From assembly GCA_030647775.1 (NCBI GenBank), contig JAUSJC010000010.1:72718-136717 (forward strand): a DNA stretch of 64,000 bases, written 5' to 3'. The notes under the pieces were generated by a model. It was not told the origin of the DNA, made no database searches, and saw only the letters and a list, made by a program, of their open reading frames with translations. Shown here one piece after another: positions 43,453 to 53,769 of the stretch (its first letter is position 1; each line of letters starts with the position of its first letter). The DNA comes from Candidatus Curtissbacteria bacterium. GTDB taxonomy: Bacteria; Patescibacteriota; Microgenomatia; Curtissbacterales; GWA2-41-24. The translations under genes and the position numbers were made by a program.

Positions 43453-44406
43453 TTATATTTCCATTATCCAGTCTTTAAATTTATTCGCGTAAGAAAAGTC
43501 AGGCGAAGAAATCAAGGATTCGTCCAAAAATCCGCCGATTGCCCGCGCCGCAAAAATAACTTTCAATTTTTCAACCTTATAACCCTTCGCCAAAAGCATG
43601 GAGAATATCTTTTGGGCCAGTGGCGGATTTTGAACTACGCTAAAGACCCGCTGGATAAAATAACCGATATCATATCCCTCTACACCCCCTGCCATGGCGT
43701 GCTCGCCATCGATTAACCCCAGTTGCCCGGTTTTGAGTTTAAAAAGGTGCCATGGCGTAAAATCTCCATGCCGTGGTCTCATTTCTAATTTGTCAACACC
43801 ATCCGCGACAATTCTAAGTAGTCCCTCTAAGCCGTACTCGTTTCTTATATCCACCGGTACGTTTTCAAACCACGATTTGGTTTTATTAACAAACCTGGCT
43901 TTGTAATCTTGGTCCCCGTAGAATATTTCTGTTAAATTTTCAAACTTGAGCTCGCCAATAAACTCTGAAAAATCAATAATTTCCCGGAGGCTGTTTACTA
44001 AAACATCGGAAGTTTCTCCGGCTTTAGGCCTTTGCACTAAAAGTTCGCCTTCGAAATTATCTGTTATAAGATAAAAAAGTTTACTTTGCCAGATTCCGCT
44101 ATCGAAGTTCTGCGGTACCCAAAAGCCTGATTTTCGTCTTTCAACCTGCTTATTGAAAGCACTGTTCCAGTCTTTTTCAATCTTTGTAACCTCGCTTATT
44201 CCTTCTGTCGTTGCCAGCTTTAAAAATAAAACCTGTCCGGATTTTTCAAGTTCCCCAAGAACATGCCTGCCGCCTGCCCAAATCCTCCTGACTTTATATT
44301 TACTTTCAAAAAATTCCCGCGCCTTTTGTAAATCTAACTTGGCGCTTTGCCGATAATCCAGGGTTTTATCGTTTATTTTAATTTTGAAAGCGCTGATTTT
44401 TTGCAT
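43453..44406 (-). CDS. APH/choline-kinase-family phosphotransferase (protein-kinase-like fold) (cassette 7, inverted)
   Basis: HGDFTPWH (HGDxxxxN catalytic loop) and IDGEHA (IDxE/DFG-equivalent). Confidence 0.65.
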   Translation of the reverse strand: MQKISAFKIKINDKTLDYRQSAKLDLQKAREFFESKYKVRRIWAGGRHVLGELEKSGQVLFLKLATTEGISEVTKIEKDWNSAFNKQVERRKSGFWVPQNFDSGIWQSKLFYLITDNFEGELLVQRPKAGETSDVLVNSLREIIDFSEFIGELKFENLTEIFYGDQDYKARFVNKTKSWFENVPVDIRNEYGLEGLLRIVADGVDKLEMRPRHGDFTPWHLFKLKTGQLGLIDGEHAMAGGVEGYDIGYFIQRVFSVVQNPPLAQKIFSMLLAKGYKVEKLKVIFAARAIGGFLDESLISSPDFSYANKFKDWIMEI

Positions 44407-44445
44407 TCGGCTTCCTTAATTATATCTATGGTATAAAATATATTT

Positions 44446-44583
44446 ATGATCGTCAAAGTTAAAGAAGGTTGGCGCGTCGTTGCCGAAAGCGGCCGCAACA
44501 TGGGCACTTACAAGAAAAAAGAGGACGCCGAAAAACGGCTTAAACAAATTGAAATGTTTAAGCACATGAAGAAAAAATGGTAA
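44446..44583 (+). CDS. Small basic protein (45 aa), DUF2188-like (tentative)
   Basis: MIVKVKEGWRVVAESGRNMGTYKKKEDAEKRLKQIEMFKHMKKKW; below ORF-track size cut-off; followed by terminator. Confidence 0.35.
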   Translation: MIVKVKEGWRVVAESGRNMGTYKKKEDAEKRLKQIEMFKHMKKKW

Positions 44584-44641
44584 TTTGACTCACCGGCATT
44601 CTTTTGCTAGAATTCCCTTTAGATTTTAGGTACTCGGAATG

Positions 44642-44664
44642 AGGCGCGTATGCGCCTTTTTTTG
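44642..44664 (+). terminator. Rho-independent terminator
   Basis: AGGCGCGTATGCGCCT hairpin followed by T7. Confidence 0.7.
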
Positions 44665-44781
44665 AATAAGAATTATATCTAAACTTAATTTTAAATTTGG
44701 CTTTGCCAATTAAAAATTGTCCAATAAAGGAAAGAGGAATATTAAGGAGAAAACCGTAGGTTGTCTCCTTAAAGTGAAATC

Positions 44782-46137
44782 ATGGCAATACAACAAAGAA
44801 GTGAATTTGCGTCAGCTCTAAACCAGGTTTGTTCCGAGCGCGGAATCGAACCGGCAGTGGTTATCGACTCCATAAAACAGGCAATTCTGGCGGCCTACCG
44901 CAAAGATTACGGCGAACCCGAAGGTATTGAGGTCGAGATCAACGAGGTTAGCGGCGAGGTTACCCTCAAAAAGGATAAAGAAATTGTCACTCCTCCGGGC
45001 TTTGGCCGCATTGCCGCCCAAACCGCCAAACAGGTAATCTTACAAAGGATCAGGGAAGCGGAAAAAGAAGCCATCATGGGTGAATATTCTTCCAAAGTCG
45101 GCACCGTAGTTTCCGGAGTAATCCAGCGCATTTCCGGCCCGATTGTCACTATCAGTCTTGGTAAAGCCGAAAGTATTATGCCCCCGCCGGAACAGGCTCG
45201 CGGCGAAAAATATTATGTCAACCAACGCCTGAAATTTTATATTGTCGGTATCAAAGAAGGTATGCATGGCGAAGAAATCATCGTTTCCCGTTCGGCAAAC
45301 GGTCTTCTGGAAGGTTTATTCAAACAGGAAGTACCGGAAATGGCTTCTGGCGCAGTCGAGGTTAAGGCTATGGCCCGTGAAGCCGGATCGCGTTCTAAAA
45401 TTGCCGTTGCTTCCGGGCAGCTTGGTGTCGACCCGGTCGGTTCTTGTGTCGGCCAAAAAGGCGTCCGCGTGCAGGCAGTAATCAACGAACTCGGCGACGA
45501 AAAAATCGACGTTATTGCTTATCAGGAAGACTTGGCGCAGTTTATACAAGCCGCGCTTTCTCCGGCTAAAGACCTGCAGGTTAAAATCGACGAAAAAACA
45601 AAAGTCGCCGAAGTGACGGCGCCCGACGACCAGCTTTCTTTGGCTATCGGTAAAGAAGGCCAAAACGTGCGCTTGGCGGCCAAACTGACCGGTTACAAAA
45701 TTGACATTCGCGGCAAAAGTGGTACACCTAGAGAAGTAGAAGCCAAAGGGAAAGCCGCGCAGGAAGAAGCCAGAAAAGCCTTTGGAGTTACAGAAGAGTC
45801 GAGGGAGCCAAAGGTCGAAAACACTGAGCAAGCTACAGCCCTGAGCTCGTCGAAGGTCGAAGACCATGAGCGTAGTCGAATGGGTCGAAGTGCAGACGAT
45901 CAGGCTAAGATAGCGCAAGTCCCGTCAGGCGATGGTCAACCAAAAACTGACGAGGTTCCGGTAGGAGACACAGAGCCATTAATTTCGAGTAAACGAGAAA
46001 TAAGCTCTCTTATCGCCGATGCCGAAGAGAAAAAAGAAGAGGAAGAGGCAGAAAAAGTAGCAGAAGAAATCAAAGTTAAGCCGGAAAAAGCAGAAGAAAA
46101 TGAATCAAAACCAGATTCATCAGACGATCAACCGTAA
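44782..46137 (+). CDS. nusA: Transcription termination/antitermination factor NusA with repeat-derived acidic C-terminal extension
   Basis: N-terminal domain, S1 and two KH domains (GQLGVDPVGSCVGQKGVRVQAV, LAIGKEGQNVRLAAKLTGYKIDI); C-terminus contains repeat units at 45839-45862 and 46006-46028. Confidence 0.9.
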   Translation: MAIQQRSEFASALNQVCSERGIEPAVVIDSIKQAILAAYRKDYGEPEGIEVEINEVSGEVTLKKDKEIVTPPGFGRIAAQTAKQVILQRIREAEKEAIMGEYSSKVGTVVSGVIQRISGPIVTISLGKAESIMPPPEQARGEKYYVNQRLKFYIVGIKEGMHGEEIIVSRSANGLLEGLFKQEVPEMASGAVEVKAMAREAGSRSKIAVASGQLGVDPVGSCVGQKGVRVQAVINELGDEKIDVIAYQEDLAQFIQAALSPAKDLQVKIDEKTKVAEVTAPDDQLSLAIGKEGQNVRLAAKLTGYKIDIRGKSGTPREVEAKGKAAQEEARKAFGVTEESREPKVENTEQATALSSSKVEDHERSRMGRSADDQAKIAQVPSGDGQPKTDEVPVGDTEPLISSKREISSLIADAEEKKEEEEAEKVAEEIKVKPEKAEENESKPDSSDDQP

Positions 46138-46168
46138 ATGAAACGCTTGTCGTCTCAAACAAAAAAAT

Positions 46169-47593
46169 ATGGACACAGACAAAAAAAACAATTTCAGGCC
46201 GCCGGTTGTATCGATTTTAGGTCACGTTGACCACGGTAAAACCACCCTCCTTGACGCAATCCGCAAAACCAACGTTGCCGCCGGCGAACACGGCGGTATT
46301 ACCCAGCATATTGGTGCTTATCAAATAGAGGCAAACGATCAACTCATCACGTTTGTAGATACTCCCGGCCACGCCGCGTTTGAAAAAATGCGCTCCCGCG
46401 GTGCCGAGGTCGCCGATATCGTTATTCTGGTTGTTGCCGCCGGCGACGGGGTTAAACCCCAGACGATTGAAGCCATTAAACATATCCAAAACGCCAAAAA
46501 GCCGGTGATTGTTGCTATTACCAAAGTCGATTTACCAGACGTCAATATAGACAAAGTCAAAAAAGAGCTCCAGACGGCCGGTATTACTGTTGAAGAATAC
46601 GGCGGTGAGGCGCCGGTTGTCCAGGTTGCCGCGCCAAAAGGCAAGGGGATAGCCGAGCTTCTGGAGGTAATCGGCCTTGTCTGGCAGTTAAATCCCCAGC
46701 AGTCCGAATCAAATGCGCCCCTTGAGGCAATAGTCGTCGAATCAAAAATGGACAAAAACCGCGGCCCTGTTGTTACGGTTATTGTTAAAAAAGGTACGCT
46801 TTCCATTGGGCAAAAAATCATCGTTAACGGCGAGACGATTTCGGTTAAAGCCTTAATTGACGATCACGGCAATAACGTCAAATTAGCCGAGCCCGGTATG
46901 CCGGTCGAGATTTTGGGATTCAAAAAAACCTTGGATGTCGGCAGTATTGTTTCAGATACCATCACCAAGGTATATGAAAGCGTGCTGCCTGCCTCTTATG
47001 CCGATATTATCGCCAAAGCCCAGCAGTCCAAAGATAAATTTAAGGTAATAATCAAAGCCGACGTCTTAGGGTCTCTCGAAGCGGTTCTTGCCAATCTGCC
47101 GGAAAATATCCTCGTTCTCTCGTCCTCTGTCGGTGAAATCAACGAAAGTGATATTGCTTTCGCCAAAACCGCCGGAGTACCGATAATCGCTTTCGGGTTT
47201 AAAGCAAACCCGAAAATCGTCTCCCAAGCCGGGAGGGATGGCGTTCTTGTTCGAAATTACAATGTAATTTACGAACTCTTAGACGATCTTACCGATGTTG
47301 CTCTTGGTTTCCAAGCCGCTAAAGAAGAGGCCAAAGTTAAGGGCCGGGCTAAAGTTGTGGCCACCTTTGATATCGAAGGCAAAAAAATTGCCGGTTGTAT
47401 GGTAACGTTTGGCCGCCTCAAAATTGGCGACGAAGTTTACCTAAAAGACAAAAATGAAAAAGTTGCCAAGATCGTTTCAATCAAAAGGTTTAAAAAAGAC
47501 GTAGAAACAATAGCAAATGGTCAGGATTGCGGAATTCTCTTTGCCCCGATTCTTGACTTTAAAGAAGGCGACATACTAGAATCATTGGGTTAA
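46169..47593 (+). CDS. infB: Translation initiation factor IF-2 (short form, G domain onward)
   Basis: [21 protein letters not shown] motifs; 474 aa lacking long N-terminal region. Confidence 0.9.
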   Translation: MDTDKKNNFRPPVVSILGHVDHGKTTLLDAIRKTNVAAGEHGGITQHIGAYQIEANDQLITFVDTPGHAAFEKMRSRGAEVADIVILVVAAGDGVKPQTIEAIKHIQNAKKPVIVAITKVDLPDVNIDKVKKELQTAGITVEEYGGEAPVVQVAAPKGKGIAELLEVIGLVWQLNPQQSESNAPLEAIVVESKMDKNRGPVVTVIVKKGTLSIGQKIIVNGETISVKALIDDHGNNVKLAEPGMPVEILGFKKTLDVGSIVSDTITKVYESVLPASYADIIAKAQQSKDKFKVIIKADVLGSLEAVLANLPENILVLSSSVGEINESDIAFAKTAGVPIIAFGFKANPKIVSQAGRDGVLVRNYNVIYELLDDLTDVALGFQAAKEEAKVKGRAKVVATFDIEGKKIAGCMVTFGRLKIGDEVYLKDKNEKVAKIVSIKRFKKDVETIANGQDCGILFAPILDFKEGDILESLG

Positions 47594-47622
47594 AAAGTTA
47601 TCTGCACTGATTTTTTACTCAA

Positions 47623-48597
47623 ATGGATCAAAACTCTAAACAAAAAACCCTCGATAATTTAACAAAGGCCGAAATCATCCTAGTTGCCGTATCGGAAAAT
47701 GCCGGTTTTGACGGCATGGCAGCGGGCCTTGCCCTTTATCTTTCTTGTCTTAAGCTTGGCAAAAACACGGCTGTTCAAGCCAAAAACCCGTCTGTTGATG
47801 ATGCCCAAAGGCTTTACGGTGTAGATAAGATTGGCCGCATAGAAGGAAGCAAAAATCTCGTCATTGTTGTTAACGATGCAGTCGAAAACGTTGACAAGGT
47901 TACTTATTCACTTGAGGGTACAAAACTCAAAATAGTTGTCCATCCTTTCCCAGGCGCCAAAAATGTCAACCGCCACCAAATTTCTTTTGAGGAGACTTCT
48001 ACAAAACCCAATTTAGTTTTTGCAGTAGGTTTCCAAACACAAGAAGAATTGAATCAAGTTATTGCTCATGAGCAAAATTTAGACCCAACCATCTGGATTA
48101 TCAATATTAACAAGCAGGACGTAGGCCAATTGTCCGCTCAAGTTAGCGCCAATAATTCCCAAGCCGCTTCGATTTGTGAAGTTACGGCCCAAATTTTCCA
48201 ACAGCTTGCCCTGCCGCTGGACGAAGACATTGCTTACAACCTTTATGCCGGTGTTGCCCAAGCCACGAATTATTTTTCCCCAAGCCTGGCAAGCCCTTTA
48301 AGCTTTGAAACGGCTTCGTGGCTTTTGAAATTCGGCGCCGGCCGGGCAAGTTTTGCCAAGGGGCAAAGTTCCCAGTTATCTATGCCAAAACCGCAAATGC
48401 CTCCGCTGGAAGAATCGGATATTGCCGCAGGCGGACAGTTCCAAAATCCTAACCCCTTTGACCAGCCGCCGATTGAGCAAGTTGAAAGGTCAAAGACCCT
48501 GAGCCCAGTCGAAGGGCCGAAGGCTACTACGCAGGAAAATTGGCTAAAGCCGCCCAAAGTTTATAGAGGTTCCAAATCCTTTGACAGCGAGAAGTAA
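47623..48597 (+). CDS. DHH-family (NrnA-like) protein with degenerate catalytic motifs (tentative)
   Basis: EIILVAVSENAGFDGMAAGLAL at position of HxxPDGDAxGS; C-terminus contains repeat-derived KTLSPVEGPKA. Confidence 0.35.
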   Translation: MDQNSKQKTLDNLTKAEIILVAVSENAGFDGMAAGLALYLSCLKLGKNTAVQAKNPSVDDAQRLYGVDKIGRIEGSKNLVIVVNDAVENVDKVTYSLEGTKLKIVVHPFPGAKNVNRHQISFEETSTKPNLVFAVGFQTQEELNQVIAHEQNLDPTIWIININKQDVGQLSAQVSANNSQAASICEVTAQIFQQLALPLDEDIAYNLYAGVAQATNYFSPSLASPLSFETASWLLKFGAGRASFAKGQSSQLSMPKPQMPPLEESDIAAGGQFQNPNPFDQPPIEQVERSKTLSPVEGPKATTQENWLKPPKVYRGSKSFDSEK

Positions 48598-48600
48598 ATA

Positions 48601-48690
48601 CCGCTCGTCATTGCGAGGAGTTCTGCATTGCAGGGCGACGAAGCAATCTCAAAACAGATTGCCGCGCTCATTTCATTCGCTCGCAAGGAC
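48601..48690. repeat. Palindromic element CGTCATTGCGAGGAGTTCTGCATTGCAGGGCGACGAAGCAATCTC...
   Basis: Near-identical to 17745-17800. Confidence 0.8.
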
Positions 48691-48699
48691 AATAGTAGT

Positions 48700-48730
48700 T
48701 TTTGACAGGGAGAATTAACTTAGTGTATTA
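48700..48730 (+). promoter_or_regulatory. rpsO promoter TTGACA-17-TATTAT
   Basis: TTGACAGGGAGAATTAACTTAGTGTATTAT. Confidence 0.5.
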
Positions 48731-48752
48731 TCTAATCTCTAAACGTTAACCC

Positions 48753-49019
48753 ATGGCCCAAGCATCGGCAAAAAAACAAGTAATAGATAAATTCGCAACC
48801 CACGAAGGTGACACAGGCTCGCCGGAGGTCCAAGTCGCGCTTCTTAGTCAACGAATCGAAAACGTTTCGGGCCACCTGAAATCCCACGGCCACGACGACC
48901 ATTCCCGCCGCGGGCTTCTTTCCATGATCAACCATCGCCGTCGCCTTTTGCATTACCTAATGAGCAAAGCCCCTGATAGATACAAGGATATAATCGGCAA
49001 ACTCGGTCTTCCCAAGTAA
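48753..49019 (+). CDS. rpsO: 30S ribosomal protein S15
   Basis: 88 aa; ...HSRRGLLSMINHRRRLLHYL... signature. Confidence 0.9.
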   Translation: MAQASAKKQVIDKFATHEGDTGSPEVQVALLSQRIENVSGHLKSHGHDDHSRRGLLSMINHRRRLLHYLMSKAPDRYKDIIGKLGLPK

Positions 49020-49020
49020 T

Positions 49021-49090
49021 ATCCTTGCGCTCCTCGTCCTTCGGACTGCTGGGCTAAAAGATATGATCGGCAAACTTGGTTTGCCAAAAT
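49021..49090. repeat. Duplicated pseudo-3'-end of rpsO (AAGATATGATCGGCAAACTTGGTTTGCCAAAATAG, would encode DMIGKLGLPK*)
   Basis: Compare genuine end AGGATATAATCGGCAAACTCGGTCTTCCCAAGTAA at 48985-49019. Confidence 0.7.
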
Positions 49091-49160
49091 AGCTCTTGCA
49101 TCCTATAAGATAATAAGTTATAATAGCTAAAGTTAAGGTTAAGGGTTGTTGGAAGTTGAG

Positions 49161-49258
49161 TAGTTCGAATCATCCGCCAGCTGGCGGATTATGATTCTCA
49201 CTATCCGATTTCTAACTCCCCAAAACTTCAACACAGATCCTGAAGCGAGTATCAGGAT
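49161..49258. repeat. Palindromic MITE-like element (ATCATCCGCCAGCTGGCGGATTATGAT ... GATCCTGAAGCGAGTATCAGGATGAC)
   Basis: Direct reading; CCGCCAGCTGGCGG also present in 19731-19746. Confidence 0.75.
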
Positions 49259-49273
49259 GACAATCACAGAAGT

Positions 49274-51499
49274 ATGTCAAAAGTTATACATAAGGAAATA
49301 GAACTTGCCGGTAGAAAGCTTGTGCTCGAAACTGGTGAACTGGCAGGCCACGCTAATGGATCGGTTTTGGCTCAATATGGTGAAACCGTGGTTTTAGCAA
49401 CCGCCGTTTCCCAAAAAGCGCCGGCAGATATTGGTTATTTCCCGCTCGCTGTTGATTTCGAAGAAAAGCTTTTTGCCGCAGGCAGAATTTCAACCTCCCG
49501 TTTTATCAAACGTGAAGGCAGGCCTACCGAAACACAAATTTTAACAGGCAGGCTTATCGATAGGTCCATTCGTCCGCTTTTCCCTAAAGATTACCAGGCC
49601 GAAGTGCAGGTAATTATTACTGTGCTTTCTTTTGACGAGGAAAATGATCCTGACATTATTTCGCTAATAGCCGCCTCCGCCGCGCTTACTATTTCCGATA
49701 TTCCCTGGAATGGCCCAATTTCCGGCCTTAAAGTTGGCCTAAAAGACGGCAAGTTTATCCTTAACCCGACTATCAAAGAAACAGATGAAAGCGACCTTGA
49801 CCTTTTGGTGGCGTCATCAGAAGGCGAAATTGTCATGATCGAAGCGGCTGCCAAAGAAGTGGACGAGAAATTGGTTGCAGAAGGTTTAGCCTTTGCCCTA
49901 AAAAACGGCAAAGATGTCCTTAAACTAATCAACGACTTGGCTAAAGATGTGGGTCGCGAAAAACAAAAATACGAATCCCAAAAGCTGGCTCCCGAAGTTG
50001 AAAAAACCGTCAAAGATTATATCCAAACCGAAATTATGAAAGATTTTGATAAAAACAGCCTTGATGACGGCTGGTTCGGCGACTGTATGGATCAACTTGT
50101 GGCGAAATTCATTTCCGAAAATCAGCCGCAAGACCAAAAGGTTACAGATAAAACCTTGGTCGGTCTTTTGGAAGACGCAGTCACCCAAAAGTTGAGAGAC
50201 GATATTCTTGTTCACGGCAAACGTCCTGACGGTAGAAAACCCGAAGAGCTGCGTGAAATTACTATCAAAGTTCCCGTTTTGCCAAGAACCCACGGTTCGG
50301 CCATTTTCCAAAGAGGCGAAACCCAGGTTCTTTCAATCGCGACTCTAGCATCGCCGGCCCTTGCCCAGTTAGTCGAGGGTATGTACGGCGAAAGCAAAAA
50401 GCGTTATATGCATCACTATAATTTCCCGCCGTTTTCTTCCGGTGAAGTTAAAAGGCTTGGTTCACCGGGTCGTCGTGAAATTGGCCACGGTGCTCTCGCC
50501 GAAAAAGCATTAGTGCCGGTAATTCCCGCAACCGATGTTTTCCCTTACACCGTCAGAGTCGTTTCGGAATGTTTATCTTCTGCAGGATCAACATCCATGG
50601 CTTCAGTCTGCGGGTCGACTCTGGCGCTTATGGATGCCGGTGTTCCCCTAAAAGAACCGGTTGCCGGAATTTCAATAGGGCTTATTACAGATAGCACCGA
50701 TAAATCAAAATATGTTCTTCTGACCGATATCGCCTATCAGGAAGATGCCCAGGGAGATATGGATTTCAAAATTGCCGGTACCAAAAACGGCATTACCGCC
50801 ATTCAAATGGATATTAAACTGGATGGTATTTCCACCGAAATTGCCAAGGGTGCCTTAGACCGGGCCAAAATTGCCCGCGCGGCAATTCTCAAAATGATGG
50901 CAGATGCTATACCTGCTTCCCGTAAGGAAGTCAGCAAATACGCTCCGGTTGTCATCCTTGTCAAAATTGACCCGGCCAAAATCGGCGGAGTTATTGGTTC
51001 CGGCGGCCGAGTCATCAATAACATCATTGCAACAACCGGTGCCACAGTCGATGTTGAGGATGACGGTACAGTCATGATTTCAGCCAAAGATCCGGAAGCC
51101 GCGCAAAAAGCAGCCGTATGGGTAGAGGGTATTGTTAAAGAACCGCAGCCCGGTGAAATTTACGAAGGTCCGGTTACAAGGATTTTACCATTCGGGGCTA
51201 TGGTTGAAATGCTGCCGGGTAAAGAAGGTTTGGTTCATGTTTCCAAGCTTGCCGAAGGCCGCGTAGAAAACGTTGAAGACGTTGTTAAAGTCGGTGACAT
51301 TGTTAAAGTTCACGTCGCCGAAATAGACGATATGGGGAGGGTTAACCTTTCTATGGTTTTTGATAAAGATGGAAAACCGATGGCCAAAGCCTCATCCTCT
51401 GAAGGCAGACCCGAAAGAAGAGGATTTGGTTCAAGGGATGGCGGCGGCAGATTCGGCGGTCCAAGACGCGACTCGCGCCCACCGCGAAAAAGATATTAA
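49274..51499 (+). CDS. pnp: Polynucleotide phosphorylase
   Basis: Two RNase PH domains, KH and S1; 741 aa with G/R-rich tail. Confidence 0.95.
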   Translation: MSKVIHKEIELAGRKLVLETGELAGHANGSVLAQYGETVVLATAVSQKAPADIGYFPLAVDFEEKLFAAGRISTSRFIKREGRPTETQILTGRLIDRSIRPLFPKDYQAEVQVIITVLSFDEENDPDIISLIAASAALTISDIPWNGPISGLKVGLKDGKFILNPTIKETDESDLDLLVASSEGEIVMIEAAAKEVDEKLVAEGLAFALKNGKDVLKLINDLAKDVGREKQKYESQKLAPEVEKTVKDYIQTEIMKDFDKNSLDDGWFGDCMDQLVAKFISENQPQDQKVTDKTLVGLLEDAVTQKLRDDILVHGKRPDGRKPEELREITIKVPVLPRTHGSAIFQRGETQVLSIATLASPALAQLVEGMYGESKKRYMHHYNFPPFSSGEVKRLGSPGRREIGHGALAEKALVPVIPATDVFPYTVRVVSECLSSAGSTSMASVCGSTLALMDAGVPLKEPVAGISIGLITDSTDKSKYVLLTDIAYQEDAQGDMDFKIAGTKNGITAIQMDIKLDGISTEIAKGALDRAKIARAAILKMMADAIPASRKEVSKYAPVVILVKIDPAKIGGVIGSGGRVINNIIATTGATVDVEDDGTVMISAKDPEAAQKAAVWVEGIVKEPQPGEIYEGPVTRILPFGAMVEMLPGKEGLVHVSKLAEGRVENVEDVVKVGDIVKVHVAEIDDMGRVNLSMVFDKDGKPMAKASSSEGRPERRGFGSRDGGGRFGGPRRDSRPPRKRY

Positions 51500-51526
51500 G
51501 AGAGCTTGTTTTTTACGAAATAAAAG

Positions 51527-52495
51527 ATGTTTCTAATTCCCCGGTTACTCTCATATGACCGGACCAAGAAGGCATGCGGGCTTGTAGTTTTATTCCTTAT
51601 CGCATTTATTGTCGCTTTCTCTTATCGCGGACCGCAAAGCAGTGCGATTATCGCGTCTGACCAAAACAAATTCAAATTAAGTTTTCAGCTCCAAAAATCC
51701 GACGAAGCTAAATTTTCAAGCACCCTCGAAAAGTTAAACTTACCCCAAAGCGTCAAACAGGGCATCCAGTTTGAACTCGATTCGACATCTTCGGCCAAAC
51801 TGGCCTATGCCAGTCCCATCAAGGCCAAGATCACATTTGGCAAAGATACCATAAATTTTAAAGGTACACTTACAAGAAACCAAAATCCCTCCATAGCTTT
51901 CGAAAATATCAAAATCCCTGCTTCTTCAAGCGCCGCGCTTATGGAAAGCGACTTTAGGGGTTTTTTGAAAAAAAACTTAAACCCCGGGGAAAATCTTGCA
52001 TTTTGGATAGACAAAAACGTGACTTCAAATCTAGGAGAGTATCTTATTGTTTTTGGCCAGAATAATGATTACGCTGTCATTTTTAAAAACGGAAACATCA
52101 ATTTTGCTGATCTCAAAAACATTAAAAATGGACTAGGGGAATCAATTGCCAAAGAAGAAACAGCAGAAGGCATTACCCTTATTTTGTTAAAAATTGAAGG
52201 CATGGAAAAAACACCGGCGGTCTTTAGTCAAAATGGTTGGAATTATTTCGTTTCTTCCGCTCAAAGTGCTAAAGATTTGGTAAGTGCCTCCCAGTCCGGC
52301 GGCCAAGAAGTTGAGTTTCCGGCCTTGCCCCAAAAAGAAAATCTGTCAATGGTTATAAATTTTGTCAATAAAAATTCGGTTCTTCCTCCGTACTTCTTTT
52401 TGCCCGAGGAAAACTCAAAAATTTTGGGAAAAATTACCAATTTTAAATTTGTCCTTGCAGGAAGCTCCTTTTCCGGCTCATTTAGCGTAAAATAG
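51527..52495 (+). CDS. Hypothetical secreted/membrane-anchored protein
   Basis: 322 aa; N-terminal TM/signal, no family recognised. Confidence 0.4.
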   Translation: MFLIPRLLSYDRTKKACGLVVLFLIAFIVAFSYRGPQSSAIIASDQNKFKLSFQLQKSDEAKFSSTLEKLNLPQSVKQGIQFELDSTSSAKLAYASPIKAKITFGKDTINFKGTLTRNQNPSIAFENIKIPASSSAALMESDFRGFLKKNLNPGENLAFWIDKNVTSNLGEYLIVFGQNNDYAVIFKNGNINFADLKNIKNGLGESIAKEETAEGITLILLKIEGMEKTPAVFSQNGWNYFVSSAQSAKDLVSASQSGGQEVEFPALPQKENLSMVINFVNKNSVLPPYFFLPEENSKILGKITNFKFVLAGSSFSGSFSVK

Positions 52496-52496
52496 A

Positions 52497-52644
52497 AGTA
52501 TCCTTCGAGCGAAACAAGAAGTAATGTCATCCTGAACTAGATTCAGGATCTAGATTCCGAAAGATACAGGGCCATGCGACCTAAAGGTCTAAAGTTCGGA
52601 ATGACAATGAATGTAAGTTCTCGTTAACACTCGAACAATATAAA
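52497..52644. repeat. Nested repeat: CTTCGAGCGAAACAAGAAG + GTCATCCTGAACTAGATTCAGGATC...GTTCGGAATGAC + GTTCTCGTTAACACTCGAACAATA
   Basis: TIR family element containing palindromic family element. Confidence 0.8.
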
Positions 52645-53739
52645 ATGCCATCCTCAACTGCCCAATTTGAAGACATCACGCTTTTGGAAAATAAACTCAA
52701 AAGCGCCAGCCTACCCCCAGACCTAAAAGCAAAAGCCTTGGCGCAGTTAGAAAGGCTCGTCCGCTTAGCATCCGCCCAAGGATATTCCCAGGAATACGAT
52801 TCCATTTCCCGTTATATCGACTGGATAATTACGCTTCCATGGGGTAAAAGAAGCGTTGATACCCTTTCCATCGAAAACGCCAGAAAAATCATGGACGCCA
52901 ACCACTTTGGCCTGGAAAAAGTTAAAGAAAGAATTTTAGAATACATTGCCGTTGCCTGCCTTGCCGGCAGGCAGGCCAGCCTCGCCGAGTCTAGGCGGGC
53001 CAGTCTCAAAGAAAGCAATTCATCAGAAAAATCAAAGGCACCGACGTTTCTCCTTTTAGGTCTTGTTGGGACCGGCAAAACCACTCTTGGTTATTCCATT
53101 GCCCAGGCCCTCGGCCGCCAGTTCGGCCGCATTCCAATGGGCGGAATGGGGGATGCCCTGCAGCTTCGCGGCCGCTCCCGCGCTTATCCCGACGCCGAGC
53201 CGGGCCAAATCATGAAAGTGTTACGTCGCGTCCAGACCAAAAACCCGGTCATACTCTTGGATGAAATCGACCGCGTTACCGATGAAGCCAAAGCCGACAT
53301 CATGGGGGTATTGGTGGAGCTTTTAGACCCGGAGCAAAATGCCAGTTTCCTCGACCATTTCGTGGATTACCCATTTGACCTTTCCGAAGTGCTGTTTATC
53401 GCGACGGCCAACAATACCGGCGGCATCGCCACGGCAGTTCTCGACCGGCTCGAGGTTATCGAAATGCCAAGCTACACCGACGACCAAAAAATTAAAATCG
53501 GCAAGGATTATCTTTTGCTCAAGGCTCTTTCCGCAAACGGCCTGTCAGCCGGCGATATCGTCTTCCCCGAAAATATCTGGCATTTAATCGTCCGCCCTTT
53601 GGGTTTTGATGCCGGCATGAGAACGCTCGACAGGACCATCAGCGGCATTTGCCGCAAAGTTGCCAAGCTCAAAGTCGAGGGTAAAGCGACCAAAATAACT
53701 TTAACCGAAGAAAATCTCAAAGAATATATACCGAGCTAG
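52645..53739 (+). CDS. Lon-like AAA+ ATPase module only (no N-terminal substrate domain, no protease domain), with in-frame repeat insertion
   Basis: Aligns to Lon residues ~230-590: GLVGTGKTT Walker A, ILLDEID Walker B, TANN sensor, LDRLEVIEM; 52955-52975 palindrome inserted between ILEYIAV and LLLGLVG. Confidence 0.7.
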   Translation: MPSSTAQFEDITLLENKLKSASLPPDLKAKALAQLERLVRLASAQGYSQEYDSISRYIDWIITLPWGKRSVDTLSIENARKIMDANHFGLEKVKERILEYIAVACLAGRQASLAESRRASLKESNSSEKSKAPTFLLLGLVGTGKTTLGYSIAQALGRQFGRIPMGGMGDALQLRGRSRAYPDAEPGQIMKVLRRVQTKNPVILLDEIDRVTDEAKADIMGVLVELLDPEQNASFLDHFVDYPFDLSEVLFIATANNTGGIATAVLDRLEVIEMPSYTDDQKIKIGKDYLLLKALSANGLSAGDIVFPENIWHLIVRPLGFDAGMRTLDRTISGICRKVAKLKVEGKATKITLTEENLKEYIPS

Positions 53740-53769
53740 ACTACCGACGGTTTGCCCACGTAATATCCC

